IMG/VR virus record: IMGVR_UViG_3300047558_000137
Location: 124,001 to 188,000 of that record
Reading direction: 5' to 3' (one strand)
DNA length: 64,000 bases
This document shows positions 9,214-18,184 of the stretch, piece after piece. Each line of letters begins with the position of its first letter. Positions within the stretch are counted from its first letter, which is position 1. The notes under the pieces were generated by a model. The model had not been told where the DNA came from. It made no database searches and saw nothing but the letters and a program-made list of their open reading frames with translations. The translations under genes and the position numbers were made by a program.

Positions 9214-9801
9214 TCACTCCCGTGTAATCAACTCAAACACTTCCTTCCAGTTAGTTACTTTTTCAATACCATGCCCATAATGGTACATATTATGCCCGTG
9301 TTCCATTAGGATACTACGCAAACCCAACTGATAGCCCACTTCTGCGTTTTCGGGTTTATCTTCAACCCACCAGCACTTTGAGCCTTTGTAGGGTAATAGT
9401 GCATCGTGCTTGTCTGCGCCAGTATCTAAGCAGATAACCTTTTCAAATGCTGTTTCTCCAAACAGCTTTTTAAGGTTCATTTCACGCAGTTTGCCAGCAT
9501 TTGGATCTAGACTCAAACTGGTAATGCAGTGAAACACATAGCCAAATTCTTCATGCAGACGTTTAACGTAATACATGGCATCACGCAATGGTGGTAAGAA
9601 GCCAATTGCGGCACTTTCGTTAAAGATCTTGATTAGCTTTTTGCCCTGCTCGCGATCAATATTGTAGTTCTTTGCAATATCATATTCAAACTCGCTACCC
9701 GGGACTTTCTTAAATCCGTGTTGCTCCATCCAAATATCAAATGCATATTCCCAATTCAACAAGACGCCATCAGCGTCAACTAATATGACTGAATTTTTCA
9801 T
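9214..9801 (-). CDS. HAD-family 5'(3')-nucleotidase-like phosphatase
   Basis: ILVDADGVL (DxD) and WVEDKPEN motifs. Confidence 0.8.
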   Translation of the reverse strand: MKNSVILVDADGVLLNWEYAFDIWMEQHGFKKVPGSEFEYDIAKNYNIDREQGKKLIKIFNESAAIGFLPPLRDAMYYVKRLHEEFGYVFHCITSLSLDPNAGKLREMNLKKLFGETAFEKVICLDTGADKHDALLPYKGSKCWWVEDKPENAEVGYQLGLRSILMEHGHNMYHYGHGIEKVTNWKEVFELITRE

Positions 9802-9905
9802 TTATTATTCCAAAAGATTACTTAAAAATTTAACTAATAACACAATTAATACCAAACCCGGATGGCCGGCTAGCAGTAAAAACAAACAGGCAGTAAACAA
9901 GGCCA

Positions 9906-10379
9906 TTACCGATGTTCCTTTGTTAGTTCACACACCAACTGAAAATGTTCATATGCTTGTCGCACACTTTCGTGCCGCATCAGTTGGTCTGCTTCTACAC
10001 GCATAGCTTCGACTGCGGATTCACATACTTCTCGGGCGCTGGGCCATTCTAGAAAACGTGCATCTTCTCCAAACACTTCTACTAAATGTTCCCAAGCGGC
10101 TTTTTGTTCGTCGGTTAAGGGCTTTTGCTTTGGTCGCAGATTACTGGCCCGCATCAATGCTGAACTGATAGCATCCTCTGCTATACGCCCTGCGGCAATC
10201 ATTGCGGCATAGTTTGGTTCTATATTGTAGCGTGTGGACTTGCCGCCGGGGTAGCAGATAACCAGATGTGCGCCTTTAGGGAAAGCATCCATTAGTTCCT
10301 GATCGTACTCATACGCAGGCACATATTTGCGCCCTTCTTTTTTATAGAAGATTGTTTTTTTGTTGGTGTTGGTACTCAC
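9906..10379 (-). CDS. Hypothetical phage protein
   Basis: 157 aa ORF in co-oriented run. Confidence 0.6.
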   Translation of the reverse strand: MSTNTNKKTIFYKKEGRKYVPAYEYDQELMDAFPKGAHLVICYPGGKSTRYNIEPNYAAMIAAGRIAEDAISSALMRASNLRPKQKPLTDEQKAAWEHLVEVFGEDARFLEWPSAREVCESAVEAMRVEADQLMRHESVRQAYEHFQLVCELTKEHR

Positions 10380-10503
10380 GTTTTAACCACCATTTGTAAC
10401 GTTGAAAGTAATGTTCAGGCTTTGCCATTGGCTTTTGCTGGAATGTCTGACATTCATCTAAGTACTCAAACCATTTTTCTCTGCACCAGAATCTAAATGT
10501 CAT
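10342..10503 (-). CDS. Small Trp-rich hypothetical protein (53 aa)
   Basis: Hand translation MTFRFWCREKWFEYLDEC...KWWLKREYQH; ATGA overlap with upstream stop. Confidence 0.55.
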   Translation of the reverse strand: MTFRFWCREKWFEYLDECQTFQQKPMAKPEHYFQRYKWWLKREYQHQQKNNLL

Positions 10504-10841
10504 GAATACTCCTGATGATCTTGTTTAAGTGCTTCCCACGTTGCCATGCGTTCTTTATCATAAATTTCATATAGTGCAGCTAGCCAGTTGTATACATAGA
10601 ATGCCGGTACCATGTAGATTGCAGTTCGTAATGCAAAAAATATGTCATCCCGTTCTTCTAAGAAGTACATAGACAAACAGAATGCAACCATAAACCAAAG
10701 TAGTCCAGCAAAGATCGTGGTCATAATTGAGTAGAACTTATCTTCCATAATGAGGCGGCGATACTCATAAAGCCAACGCCATGGCCGTGCCGGCGTTATT
10801 GATGTTTTGATTCGGTTTAAAATCCAGATAGTGAAGTTCAT
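10500..10841 (-). CDS. Hypothetical membrane protein
   Basis: Two hydrophobic stretches; start MNFTIW. Confidence 0.6.
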   Translation of the reverse strand: MNFTIWILNRIKTSITPARPWRWLYEYRRLIMEDKFYSIMTTIFAGLLWFMVAFCLSMYFLEERDDIFFALRTAIYMVPAFYVYNWLAALYEIYDKERMATWEALKQDHQEYS

Positions 10842-10846
10842 TGTTG

Positions 10847-11227
10847 TTAGATCTCCTCTTTGTACAGTTCCGCGGCATCTTTGCTCTGTAAGATTTTGCA
10901 GGCCTTTTCCATAGTCTTCCAAAATACTTCAGCATCCTGCATACAACTCCAAAGTATGCCATCAATGTGCTTGGCAGGAATCACATCAGTCTGTCGGAAT
11001 GATTTATGGAATTGATAACCAATTGAGTGGCTTGCATCTTCTCCTTCGTATTGATCAATGTCCCACATTGCACCTTCAAGTGTTTCCTTAACATCTTTTT
11101 CGTATTGGCAGAACATATCGTAGATAATGCGATCTGTAGTACTGGATGTATAGTTGCGACTCATCTTTTCTTCATGTAGCTTAAAGAATAAGTCAGCAAA
11201 CTCTTTGCTGGTAAGATAAGTTTTCAT
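10847..11227 (-). CDS. Hypothetical protein
   Basis: ORF track, ATGA overlap. Confidence 0.6.
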   Translation of the reverse strand: MKTYLTSKEFADLFFKLHEEKMSRNYTSSTTDRIIYDMFCQYEKDVKETLEGAMWDIDQYEGEDASHSIGYQFHKSFRQTDVIPAKHIDGILWSCMQDAEVFWKTMEKACKILQSKDAAELYKEEI

Positions 11228-11517
11228 CGCTTTAATAACTCCACAAGTTTCTTTGGGTCTACTATTTCATGAACAGGCTTAACATTAGTTGGTACCGAAC
11301 GATATTCAATGACTTCCCAGTCACTCATATCGGTGTTGTTATATTTGTTCATGTGGCTAGTAATATGGGCACGTAGTTTACCCAGGGTGTCCCAGGTCTT
11401 GCCACCTTTTTCGACCCACAGCCCACCATGTCCATCGGCAGGAACATAGACGCCGCCCTTACTGTAACAGTTAGTCTTGCGGTGTCGTATTTTATAGAAT
11501 GTAACTTGATCACTCAT
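11224..11517 (-). CDS. Hypothetical protein
   Basis: ORF track, coupled overlap. Confidence 0.6.
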   Translation of the reverse strand: MSDQVTFYKIRHRKTNCYSKGGVYVPADGHGGLWVEKGGKTWDTLGKLRAHITSHMNKYNNTDMSDWEVIEYRSVPTNVKPVHEIVDPKKLVELLKR

Positions 11518-11699
11518 GGGAAATTAGGATCTCGTTCTGATTCAAGCGGAACATCAGTCCACTTAGACCATTGCATATTAGCGGTTTGATTCATCTGCTC
11601 CTGCGTAGGCATACCTGCGTATATAGTAGCATTATACTTCTGGCGATACTGCAAAACTTTATCGCCAACAACTGGCACGTACCAACGTAATTCAATCAT
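11514..11699 (-). CDS. Hypothetical protein
   Basis: ORF track, coupled overlap. Confidence 0.55.
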   Translation of the reverse strand: MIELRWYVPVVGDKVLQYRQKYNATIYAGMPTQEQMNQTANMQWSKWTDVPLESERDPNFP

Positions 11700-11944
11700 T
11701 TGTCATCCCCCGAATCTAGGTTCATGCAACCATCGCGCATTTCAGCTATTTTAATTTGTTGTATTTGTTTTTCCTCAACAGTCTTGTGTTGCCAGAAAAA
11801 AGTATCGTATCCTTGATTAAACTGTACTGCTTCAATCATGATGTAGATAATTGCAAACAGCCAAAATACGGCTGCACCAGAGATATGGATTTCAGTTCGT
11901 TCTGTCCGGAATAACATGTACGTGTCCTTCGGTGAAGTCTGCAA
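11696..11944 (-). CDS. Hypothetical membrane protein (true start probably internal)
   Basis: Hydrophobic segment VFWLFAIIYIMI. Confidence 0.45.
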   Translation of the reverse strand: MQTSPKDTYMLFRTERTEIHISGAAVFWLFAIIYIMIEAVQFNQGYDTFFWQHKTVEEKQIQQIKIAEMRDGCMNLDSGDDK

Positions 11945-12170
11945 CCTTTAAGGCTGGATAACATTGTAAACAAACACTACGGTAACCTGGGCCGCCAGTG
12001 CTACTAATAACGGATCCACACTCGCGACACATCCTAAGTGCCTGTGTAACAATGAACCCACGACCTCTTTCGTAGATGGGGTCAAATATGTATGATCTTC
12101 CTGTGTAGTCATATTCGCCATCTACTTCAAGTAGCCTTTCGTCGTAACCCAACAGTTTCTTCTGCGTCAT
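11892..12170 (-). CDS. Hypothetical zinc-finger protein
   Basis: CRECG...CLQC. Confidence 0.45.
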   Translation of the reverse strand: MTQKKLLGYDERLLEVDGEYDYTGRSYIFDPIYERGRGFIVTQALRMCRECGSVISSTGGPGYRSVCLQCYPALKVADFTEGHVHVIPDRTN

Positions 12171-12411
12171 AGTCTTTTAGTTTCCTAATATCTTTGTGCT
12201 TAACTACAATTATACTACAGATGTTATTTTCTGTCTTCATGGGCAAATCTAGATGCACAGTAACTTCGGGTCCAGTTACTGGGCTAATCAAACGATCATT
12301 GCCCACTGTACCGATAAAGGGCACCTTGTTGTAGTGCCCAAACACACGGTCGCCAATTTCATACCGGGCTTTGTATCCGTTACGTTCAAAGTATTCTGCG
12401 TAGTTTGCCAT
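12127..12411 (-). CDS. Hypothetical protein (SH3-like)
   Basis: YEIGDRVFG...FIGTV beta-rich pattern. Confidence 0.55.
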   Translation of the reverse strand: MANYAEYFERNGYKARYEIGDRVFGHYNKVPFIGTVGNDRLISPVTGPEVTVHLDLPMKTENNICSIIVVKHKDIRKLKDYDAEETVGLRRKAT

Positions 12412-12412
12412 T

Positions 12413-13450
12413 TTACTTCCATACAGTAAGTTGTTGAGTTCTTTCGGGAAATAGATCTACGGGGCTGTCTTCTCTGCGTATGTCAACTGTTAGACAATGC
12501 AGTCCGCCATCCCAAAAAGTTCTAGTCCTAAATGGCATGGCGTGTGCTGTTACACCATGTCGTTCTAGTTCTCTAAACACCTGCTCGTTTTCGCCAACCA
12601 TAAAAACATTTTTATCATCAATTACAAGACAGTTGATTTCAAAGAATGTTTCGGTATAGTCGCCTACCCAATCAAGTGCATGTTGTATTATATACTGGTT
12701 AAAGGTTTTATTTTTACCGGCGACACCAGATTCCCACCATTTTCCGTTTGCTCCAGGGCCGGCTCTACGCTTGGATGCAAACTCTGGGCGATTAACCTGT
12801 ATACGGTCCCACCCAGGAAATGTATTATCATAGTCCTTGTAATATCTGCTGGCCAGTATTAATCCAGGTTTGACCACAGCAAAGCAACCGTCTATATGCC
12901 CACCATTAAACAATAAATGAACTCTGTGGTCTTTAAAGTATTCTGTCTGTTCGAAATACTTTACAAATTGATCAAGGTCTTCAGGTTTTGACCCCCAATC
13001 TAAGTAAATGTCTCGGCCTATTCTAACAGTGTTTGCACTGTTAAATTGCCTAACAATTGGGTCTGAGTGTTCTTTGTTAACAAATCCTGTGTAGGTATCA
13101 ATGACAGAGGCCCATTCACGTGAACGGAATCCAAACATTGTTTTTCCAGCAACAAGATATTCATCCCGTGGCGTAATGCTGGGCTTGTGTAGGTTGCCTT
13201 CAATGTCAATGAAATTATCAATGCTATCGTATGTTGGTCGTTGGACCACGATACCTAACGCTTCAAGACTCTTTTGAATTACTGTTAGATCTTCTTTTGT
13301 CTTTTCAGTGATCTCCTGAAAGACATCTCGTACTTGGGAATCCAAGTGTTCGTACCAGCTAGCTGGATAAACGTCACCGAGCCAAACTTCATTTAACTTT
13401 CCCCAATTTGTATAACTGTTAATTTGGTACAACTTCGCACCCTTGTTCAT
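12413..13450 (-). CDS. Amidinotransferase (pentein) family protein
   Basis: NSYTNWGKLNEVWLG start, ITPRD, GGHIDGCF, WDGGLHCLTVDIRR catalytic Cys motif. Confidence 0.8.
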   Translation of the reverse strand: MNKGAKLYQINSYTNWGKLNEVWLGDVYPASWYEHLDSQVRDVFQEITEKTKEDLTVIQKSLEALGIVVQRPTYDSIDNFIDIEGNLHKPSITPRDEYLVAGKTMFGFRSREWASVIDTYTGFVNKEHSDPIVRQFNSANTVRIGRDIYLDWGSKPEDLDQFVKYFEQTEYFKDHRVHLLFNGGHIDGCFAVVKPGLILASRYYKDYDNTFPGWDRIQVNRPEFASKRRAGPGANGKWWESGVAGKNKTFNQYIIQHALDWVGDYTETFFEINCLVIDDKNVFMVGENEQVFRELERHGVTAHAMPFRTRTFWDGGLHCLTVDIRREDSPVDLFPERTQQLTVWK

Positions 13451-13679
13451 AATCCCAATATACTTTACTACCTAAGGCTTTGAGCACATTATACTTCTTA
13501 GCTTCTTCTACGCACTCTCGTGGTTGAGCAATGCTACCCACAACTGTGCCACATTGGTCACAGCGATAACTAATGCCACTGTCAACATCAAATGTTGCCC
13601 TATTTCCGCAAGGCAAGTATTGATACAATGGCGTCGGGCTACCGTCGAATGCCTGCGTAACTCTGTTAGGTAGTTTCAT
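13419..13679 (-). CDS. Hypothetical zinc-ribbon protein
   Basis: LPCG...YRCDQCG...C. Confidence 0.5.
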   Translation of the reverse strand: MKLPNRVTQAFDGSPTPLYQYLPCGNRATFDVDSGISYRCDQCGTVVGSIAQPRECVEEAKKYNVLKALGSKVYWDYEQGCEVVPN

Positions 13680-14034
13680 TTCGACGTTTGGCCTGTGTAC
13701 GTTTGCTCATAATTTGATAGGCTGCGTTTTCTTTAACAGCATCAATATAGTCTTGAGGTGGTTTTACAATACGGCCTTCGCCAGTCTCCGGATCAATTAG
13801 GCGCCAGCGTTTGCCTACTAGTTGAGGATAGGGCTCGCCTTTGGCAAACAACAGTGTTTTACGATAGTTGGCCTCGGCTACCATACGGTTAAGGGCAGTT
13901 AGTGGATAGGAATCGGGATTATCAAGTATCCAATTAATCACGTTAACTAAATGGCTATCGGCCATGTCTTTAACTGCAATAGATCGGCCATCTGCTGTAC
14001 GCCATACACGACCACGTTCGGATTCATGACTCAT
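13666..14034 (-). CDS. Hypothetical protein
   Basis: ORF track. Confidence 0.6.
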   Translation of the reverse strand: MSHESERGRVWRTADGRSIAVKDMADSHLVNVINWILDNPDSYPLTALNRMVAEANYRKTLLFAKGEPYPQLVGKRWRLIDPETGEGRIVKPPQDYIDAVKENAAYQIMSKRTQAKRRNETT

Positions 14035-14236
14035 CCTTGCCCCCGAGCAGTTTTACGATTTCATCTGCTAGCCAAGTACGGTGCGAGTTACTAGTGTAAC
14101 GCCAGTCGTAATTAACCTGTGCAATAGTAAATTCTTCTTCACCTTCGTGTTGCATTTTGATAGCAACGCCGCCGAACATGTCGTACTCTTTCCAGATCTT
14201 TGTTGGAAGAATTTTGACTATCTTTACTTCTTCCAT
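14024..14236 (-). CDS. Hypothetical protein
   Basis: ORF track, coupled. Confidence 0.55.
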   Translation of the reverse strand: MEEVKIVKILPTKIWKEYDMFGGVAIKMQHEGEEEFTIAQVNYDWRYTSNSHRTWLADEIVKLLGGKDES

Positions 14237-14436
14237 TAGCGCACCTGGCCTTCGTAGCGGGCCATCATATACCAGTCTGGTACATGTTCGGGCAAGTCCT
14301 TGTTGTAATCATTTACAAAACGAATAGCATCGCCTTCGCTGTCAAAGTATTTGACTTCGTCAACTTTAGTGCCCCATCCACGTTCACTTTCAATGATGAT
14401 AACCTTATAGGCTGCTGTTAGTTTAATTTCTGGCAT
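14236..14436 (-). CDS. Hypothetical protein
   Basis: ORF track, coupled. Confidence 0.55.
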   Translation of the reverse strand: MPEIKLTAAYKVIIIESERGWGTKVDEVKYFDSEGDAIRFVNDYNKDLPEHVPDWYMMARYEGQVR

Positions 14437-14437
14437 A

Positions 14438-14677
14438 TTAGTTCTTTAGTAGATAAAGTGTTACTACACTGCTGTCAAGTTTGATTAGATCGTCGGGATA
14501 TTTGTTCCACTCGCTTCCGTATGATTTGCTACCAACTTTTTGCACTTTAACCATTTTGTTGTTTAGCTTAATAACTTTACCAATTATTAAACTGTTATGT
14601 GCAGGAAAGGTAACACAGTCATCTACTGCTAGATCCTGTCCTAACTTGTCTTTATGTTGTGGAATTTCTTTAACCAT
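14438..14677 (-). CDS. Hypothetical protein (KOW/SH3-like)
   Basis: DKLGQDLAVDDCV...IGKVIKL. Confidence 0.55.
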   Translation of the reverse strand: MVKEIPQHKDKLGQDLAVDDCVTFPAHNSLIIGKVIKLNNKMVKVQKVGSKSYGSEWNKYPDDLIKLDSSVVTLYLLKN

Positions 14678-14867
14678 TAAAATATTCCTCTGCTTTGATT
14701 GTAGCTTCTTCTATAGTTTCTGCGTAGACCTGCACACGGGCAACGCCATCTTCTATAGTCATGTCAAACGGTACTACGCCTGTGAACGCAAATGTCTCAG
14801 GTAATGGAACCTCCACTTCAAATATCTGCAATCGCTTGATGCGATTAATTACATCTTTTGCATCCAT
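14670..14867 (-). CDS. Hypothetical protein
   Basis: ORF track. Confidence 0.55.
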   Translation of the reverse strand: MDAKDVINRIKRLQIFEVEVPLPETFAFTGVVPFDMTIEDGVARVQVYAETIEEATIKAEEYFNG

Positions 14868-15040
14868 GTTATGCCTTACTTGCCAACCCTATTAGGTTGA
14901 TTAGATTGTAAATGCCTAGCAGTGCTAGTCCGATAGACCACCATAGGCTATGTTTCTCTTTGAAATTATCAAAGACTGCCCAATGCATACCAGCTAGAAA
15001 TATCAGTGCAAAACAAACACACATCGAAATTAAAATCATA

Positions 15041-15352
15041 TTAAACCTTTAGTAATGCCCACACGGCTGTTGCCTGCAGGTCGTTTTCAAATTCAGGATA
15101 AACTTCGTCAAGATTATCAACAGTTTTGTATCCGCTATCGATCTTCTTATCGCAAAGTTTGTGGGCATTGTAAGTGTCAATGCCCTCGTGAATTTTTGTT
15201 TGTAGTTTCTTGCCGCGGCGGCCCCAGAATGCCACGTAGTTGTTTGTACGGTAACCGTATTTTAAGTGATCATCAGTTCCGTTAAGACGGATCAAGCCCC
15301 ATACTTTATCTGAGGTGCCTTCTTTGTAATGTCCAATCCAGAAGTAGTTCAT
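15041..15352 (-). CDS. WGR-domain-like protein
   Basis: SDKVWG...VAFWGRRG...KKIDSGY. Confidence 0.55.
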   Translation of the reverse strand: MNYFWIGHYKEGTSDKVWGLIRLNGTDDHLKYGYRTNNYVAFWGRRGKKLQTKIHEGIDTYNAHKLCDKKIDSGYKTVDNLDEVYPEFENDLQATAVWALLKV

Positions 15353-15756
15353 ATTGTAAATCCTACGTTACGCAACCCTGCTACTGCTTTGTGATAGTCT
15401 TCGGGATTAACTTTGATAAACTCATTACTAGTACCGCTATCAAACCTACGGTCACGCAAACGATCGTACATGTCCTTGCTTTCTTTAAGTCCAAGTCCCG
15501 ACCATGCGCGAATCTCTTTAATACAACCCACAGCATTGTTCATAGCGCCCTGCCCCATGCCTTTGAGATGCACACGGTCGTTGTATGTGCCAGTGATCAT
15601 AGCAAAGAAGATCTGTCCTTTAACATCAGGATCAAGTGCAGACGTGATACTTTCCCACAATTCCATACCTTTCTCTGCGCCGTAGGCTTCCGATATGCTA
15701 CGCATAAAATGAATTCCGTTACAGATAATTGCGGTCTTGTGGTCTTCGGGAATCAT
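15349..15756 (-). CDS. Protein with ribosomal bL12 (L7/L12) C-terminal-like motif
   Basis: CIKEIRAWSGLGLKESKDMYD resembles bL12 VIKAVR..TGLGLKEAKDLVE; GGAG SD before MIPED. Confidence 0.55.
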   Translation of the reverse strand: MIPEDHKTAIICNGIHFMRSISEAYGAEKGMELWESITSALDPDVKGQIFFAMITGTYNDRVHLKGMGQGAMNNAVGCIKEIRAWSGLGLKESKDMYDRLRDRRFDSGTSNEFIKVNPEDYHKAVAGLRNVGFTI

Positions 15757-15918
15757 TCTGGTACTCCAACAGCACGACAATTTTGATCACGTGGCAGTGT
15801 GCGTTCGCACTCTCTAATGGCCTTGCGATACTTTTCAGCATCAGCAAAAGGCATAGTATTAAGGATACTACAGATAAAAAATCCTAGTACCACACACCAA
15901 ACGTTATCTCGTGTCATA

Positions 15919-16182
15919 TTAGATCCGTTTCAAATATACAAACAAATTCTTCTTGCTACGTGGTTCCCATGCTGTTGCATCAGGTCCACATACAGATCTT
16001 GTGACCCGAGCAACACCACAGCTATCATAATAGCCTCGTGTAGTTGTGCCGTCAACTGGATTATACTTAGGCTCGGTGTAGGACTTGCTACACTTCCATG
16101 TCCATGCGTTCATTTTAAATCGGCGCTCAATCCAGCTGGCACGATTGTGTACGCAGTCCTGGCATGTTACTTGTTCTGTCAT
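15919..16182 (-). CDS. Hypothetical Cys-rich protein
   Basis: CQDCVH...C...C...CG. Confidence 0.55.
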   Translation of the reverse strand: MTEQVTCQDCVHNRASWIERRFKMNAWTWKCSKSYTEPKYNPVDGTTTRGYYDSCGVARVTRSVCGPDATAWEPRSKKNLFVYLKRI

Positions 16183-16829
16183 TTTTCTTCCTTAACATAG
16201 TTAAGATAAGTCACGTTTGCATCTTGTAGTGCATGGCGCCCTTTGGCGTGTGACTTTACTTTAGCATGTATTATACTACCAGTTGGAATTTTTGTTTTGC
16301 AGTAAAAGTGAATTAAGTTGCCATGTTCATCATGGCCAGTGTGTACAAAAGTGTTATAATGAGTCAAATAACGTGTATCAATTTCCGTATATGTCAATGT
16401 GACCTTGGCATGCAGTTGACCAATGAATCGACTGCTAAGTCCCATGCGGTAGACTTGATCTTTGATTTCATGTCGCTTACGCAGGTCGTCTGCCAACTTA
16501 GGAGCCCATGCAATCACACCAAAGTTCTTGTTGGATACTTCTTTGTTTTTAATGGCCTCGTAAACAACCATAGTAAATTCAGGAATTGTTTTGCTAGAAA
16601 TACTGGCCATCAAGACTTGATGTTCGATTATCTGCTTAACTTGATCGGCTGCTTCAATGTCTAGATCGGCAATGACATCTTTCTGTTCAAAGTGTGAAAG
16701 GATCAGTTCTTTATTACCGGGTTCGTTGTTGTTGAATTTAACAACACGATCGCCCTGCTGTCGGTAGACAGCCAAAGCTACCGCAATGGCGTCTAGTGTA
16801 TCAACCTTTTGTTGCGGATGACGTGGCAT
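16179..16829 (-). CDS. Hypothetical protein, C-terminal OB-fold-like
   Basis: 216 aa ORF; C-terminal beta-rich segment ending T.LNYVK. Confidence 0.55.
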   Translation of the reverse strand: MPRHPQQKVDTLDAIAVALAVYRQQGDRVVKFNNNEPGNKELILSHFEQKDVIADLDIEAADQVKQIIEHQVLMASISSKTIPEFTMVVYEAIKNKEVSNKNFGVIAWAPKLADDLRKRHEIKDQVYRMGLSSRFIGQLHAKVTLTYTEIDTRYLTHYNTFVHTGHDEHGNLIHFYCKTKIPTGSIIHAKVKSHAKGRHALQDANVTYLNYVKEEK

Positions 16830-17113
16830 TACATACTCCAGTAAGATTCGCTAGCAGGGTTACAGCACCAAGGTGTGTCACGATCGATTTGAACTTCTTT
16901 GCCAGTCATTAAACTTTTAACAGTTTTCATTGTAGCATAAAACACAATGCGATACTTGTCCACAGTATAAAGTCCGGACAGTAAAAGCTCGTTAACTTCA
17001 CGTTTCATGCCTGCTTCATCACGATCACGCCATACAGTAGTACTAACCAAACGCTCACCGGTTTTGCAGCGACGATCCAGTTTGTAGATATACATTGTGT
17101 AAGACTGTTTCAT
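16829..17113 (-). CDS. Hypothetical protein
   Basis: Start MKQSY after AGGAG SD. Confidence 0.6.
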   Translation of the reverse strand: MKQSYTMYIYKLDRRCKTGERLVSTTVWRDRDEAGMKREVNELLLSGLYTVDKYRIVFYATMKTVKSLMTGKEVQIDRDTPWCCNPASESYWSM

Positions 17114-17187
17114 GATAGCTCCTGTGTGTTGCAATAACTGTATTATACAATAAAAAAGGCCCAAAATGGGCCAATTTATCTGATTTT

Positions 17188-17205
17188 TGTTGTATTTTTG
17201 CAACA
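17188..17205. promoter_or_regulatory. Imperfect palindrome TGTTG-N8-CAACA upstream of a TATAAT promoter
   Basis: 17 bp identical (inverted) to 56844-56860. Confidence 0.45.
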
Positions 17206-17221
17206 AACTAGTACTAGAGTA

Positions 17222-17467
17222 TTACTTTTTTCTAACCATATGCTGCATCTGCTGATGCACAGCGTTTAGGTATGCTGTTTGATTGATGTTTTTGCGCTCT
17301 AATGTTTCTACACGGGCAGTTAGTACACGCACAGTCTGCTCCATTTGTTCAATAACAGCCTTTTGATCACGAATAACTTTGTCGTGACTCATTAAGTTTG
17401 GGCGAGGAGGAGCATTGGGATCTACTTCCCGCTTCTTCTTTGCCCTGTACATGTCAAACATACTCAT
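17222..17467 (-). CDS. Coiled-coil hypothetical protein
   Basis: Heptad-rich; ATAAATA 6 nt upstream. Confidence 0.6.
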   Translation of the reverse strand: MSMFDMYRAKKKREVDPNAPPRPNLMSHDKVIRDQKAVIEQMEQTVRVLTARVETLERKNINQTAYLNAVHQQMQHMVRKK

Positions 17468-17790
17468 ACTGTATATTTATCGTTTAATGGGCCCGGCACT
17501 TTAATGACCATTGTTTCTGTATCTTCGAGGTACTCGCACTCACAAACATCACCGGGATAGAAGATTATTCCCATCCCTTCACTAAAGATCTCACCGTTTA
17601 TTTTAACAAGACCCCGGGTAATGAGATTGATTTCTGTAGCAACTTTGTGATAGTGCGCTTCGCTGACTTCACCTGCATAGTTAATTTGATACGCAGCCTC
17701 AAGGTCTGTAGTCTTAAACGCAGCCCTATCAAATCCACCGACAAACCATCCGCGGTCACCGGTTTCACGCAGATGGAACTTCTTTGGCAT
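17464..17790 (-). CDS. Cupin-fold protein
   Basis: EAHYHKVATEINLITRG, FYPGDVCECEY cupin pattern. Confidence 0.7.
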   Translation of the reverse strand: MPKKFHLRETGDRGWFVGGFDRAAFKTTDLEAAYQINYAGEVSEAHYHKVATEINLITRGLVKINGEIFSEGMGIIFYPGDVCECEYLEDTETMVIKVPGPLNDKYTV

Positions 17791-18184
17791 CTGTAGTCTC
17801 TTCAGAAGTGGCCTGAGTGCTTACTTCAGACTCGATAGCTTTATCTTCTTCCTTGGGGATGAACTGCTCAAGATATGGTAAGTCCAACTGTGCCATAACC
17901 TGAATAACGTATTCAGGATATCCTTCTAAGAAGTATTTAAACAGCCGATCAAAGTTACCATCTAATGCGCCATAGCGATTAGCAATAACAGTTTTCTTAG
18001 CTAGGTTTAGGATAACGCCAGCATAGGTTTGATCCTTGGGATTAAGCCCACGAGTAAACTCAATGCGCTCATCATAACGATGATTTTCGGGGTTAGTCAT
18101 GTAGCCCTTTTCCCCTGTACGCTTAGGATCCTTGGGTTTGATTACATAAAATGCTAATAGGTGTAGGTCTTTAGTTTTCGTCAT
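17765..18184 (-). CDS. Hypothetical protein
   Basis: ORF track. Confidence 0.6.
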   Translation of the reverse strand: MTKTKDLHLLAFYVIKPKDPKRTGEKGYMTNPENHRYDERIEFTRGLNPKDQTYAGVILNLAKKTVIANRYGALDGNFDRLFKYFLEGYPEYVIQVMAQLDLPYLEQFIPKEEDKAIESEVSTQATSEETTDAKEVPSA

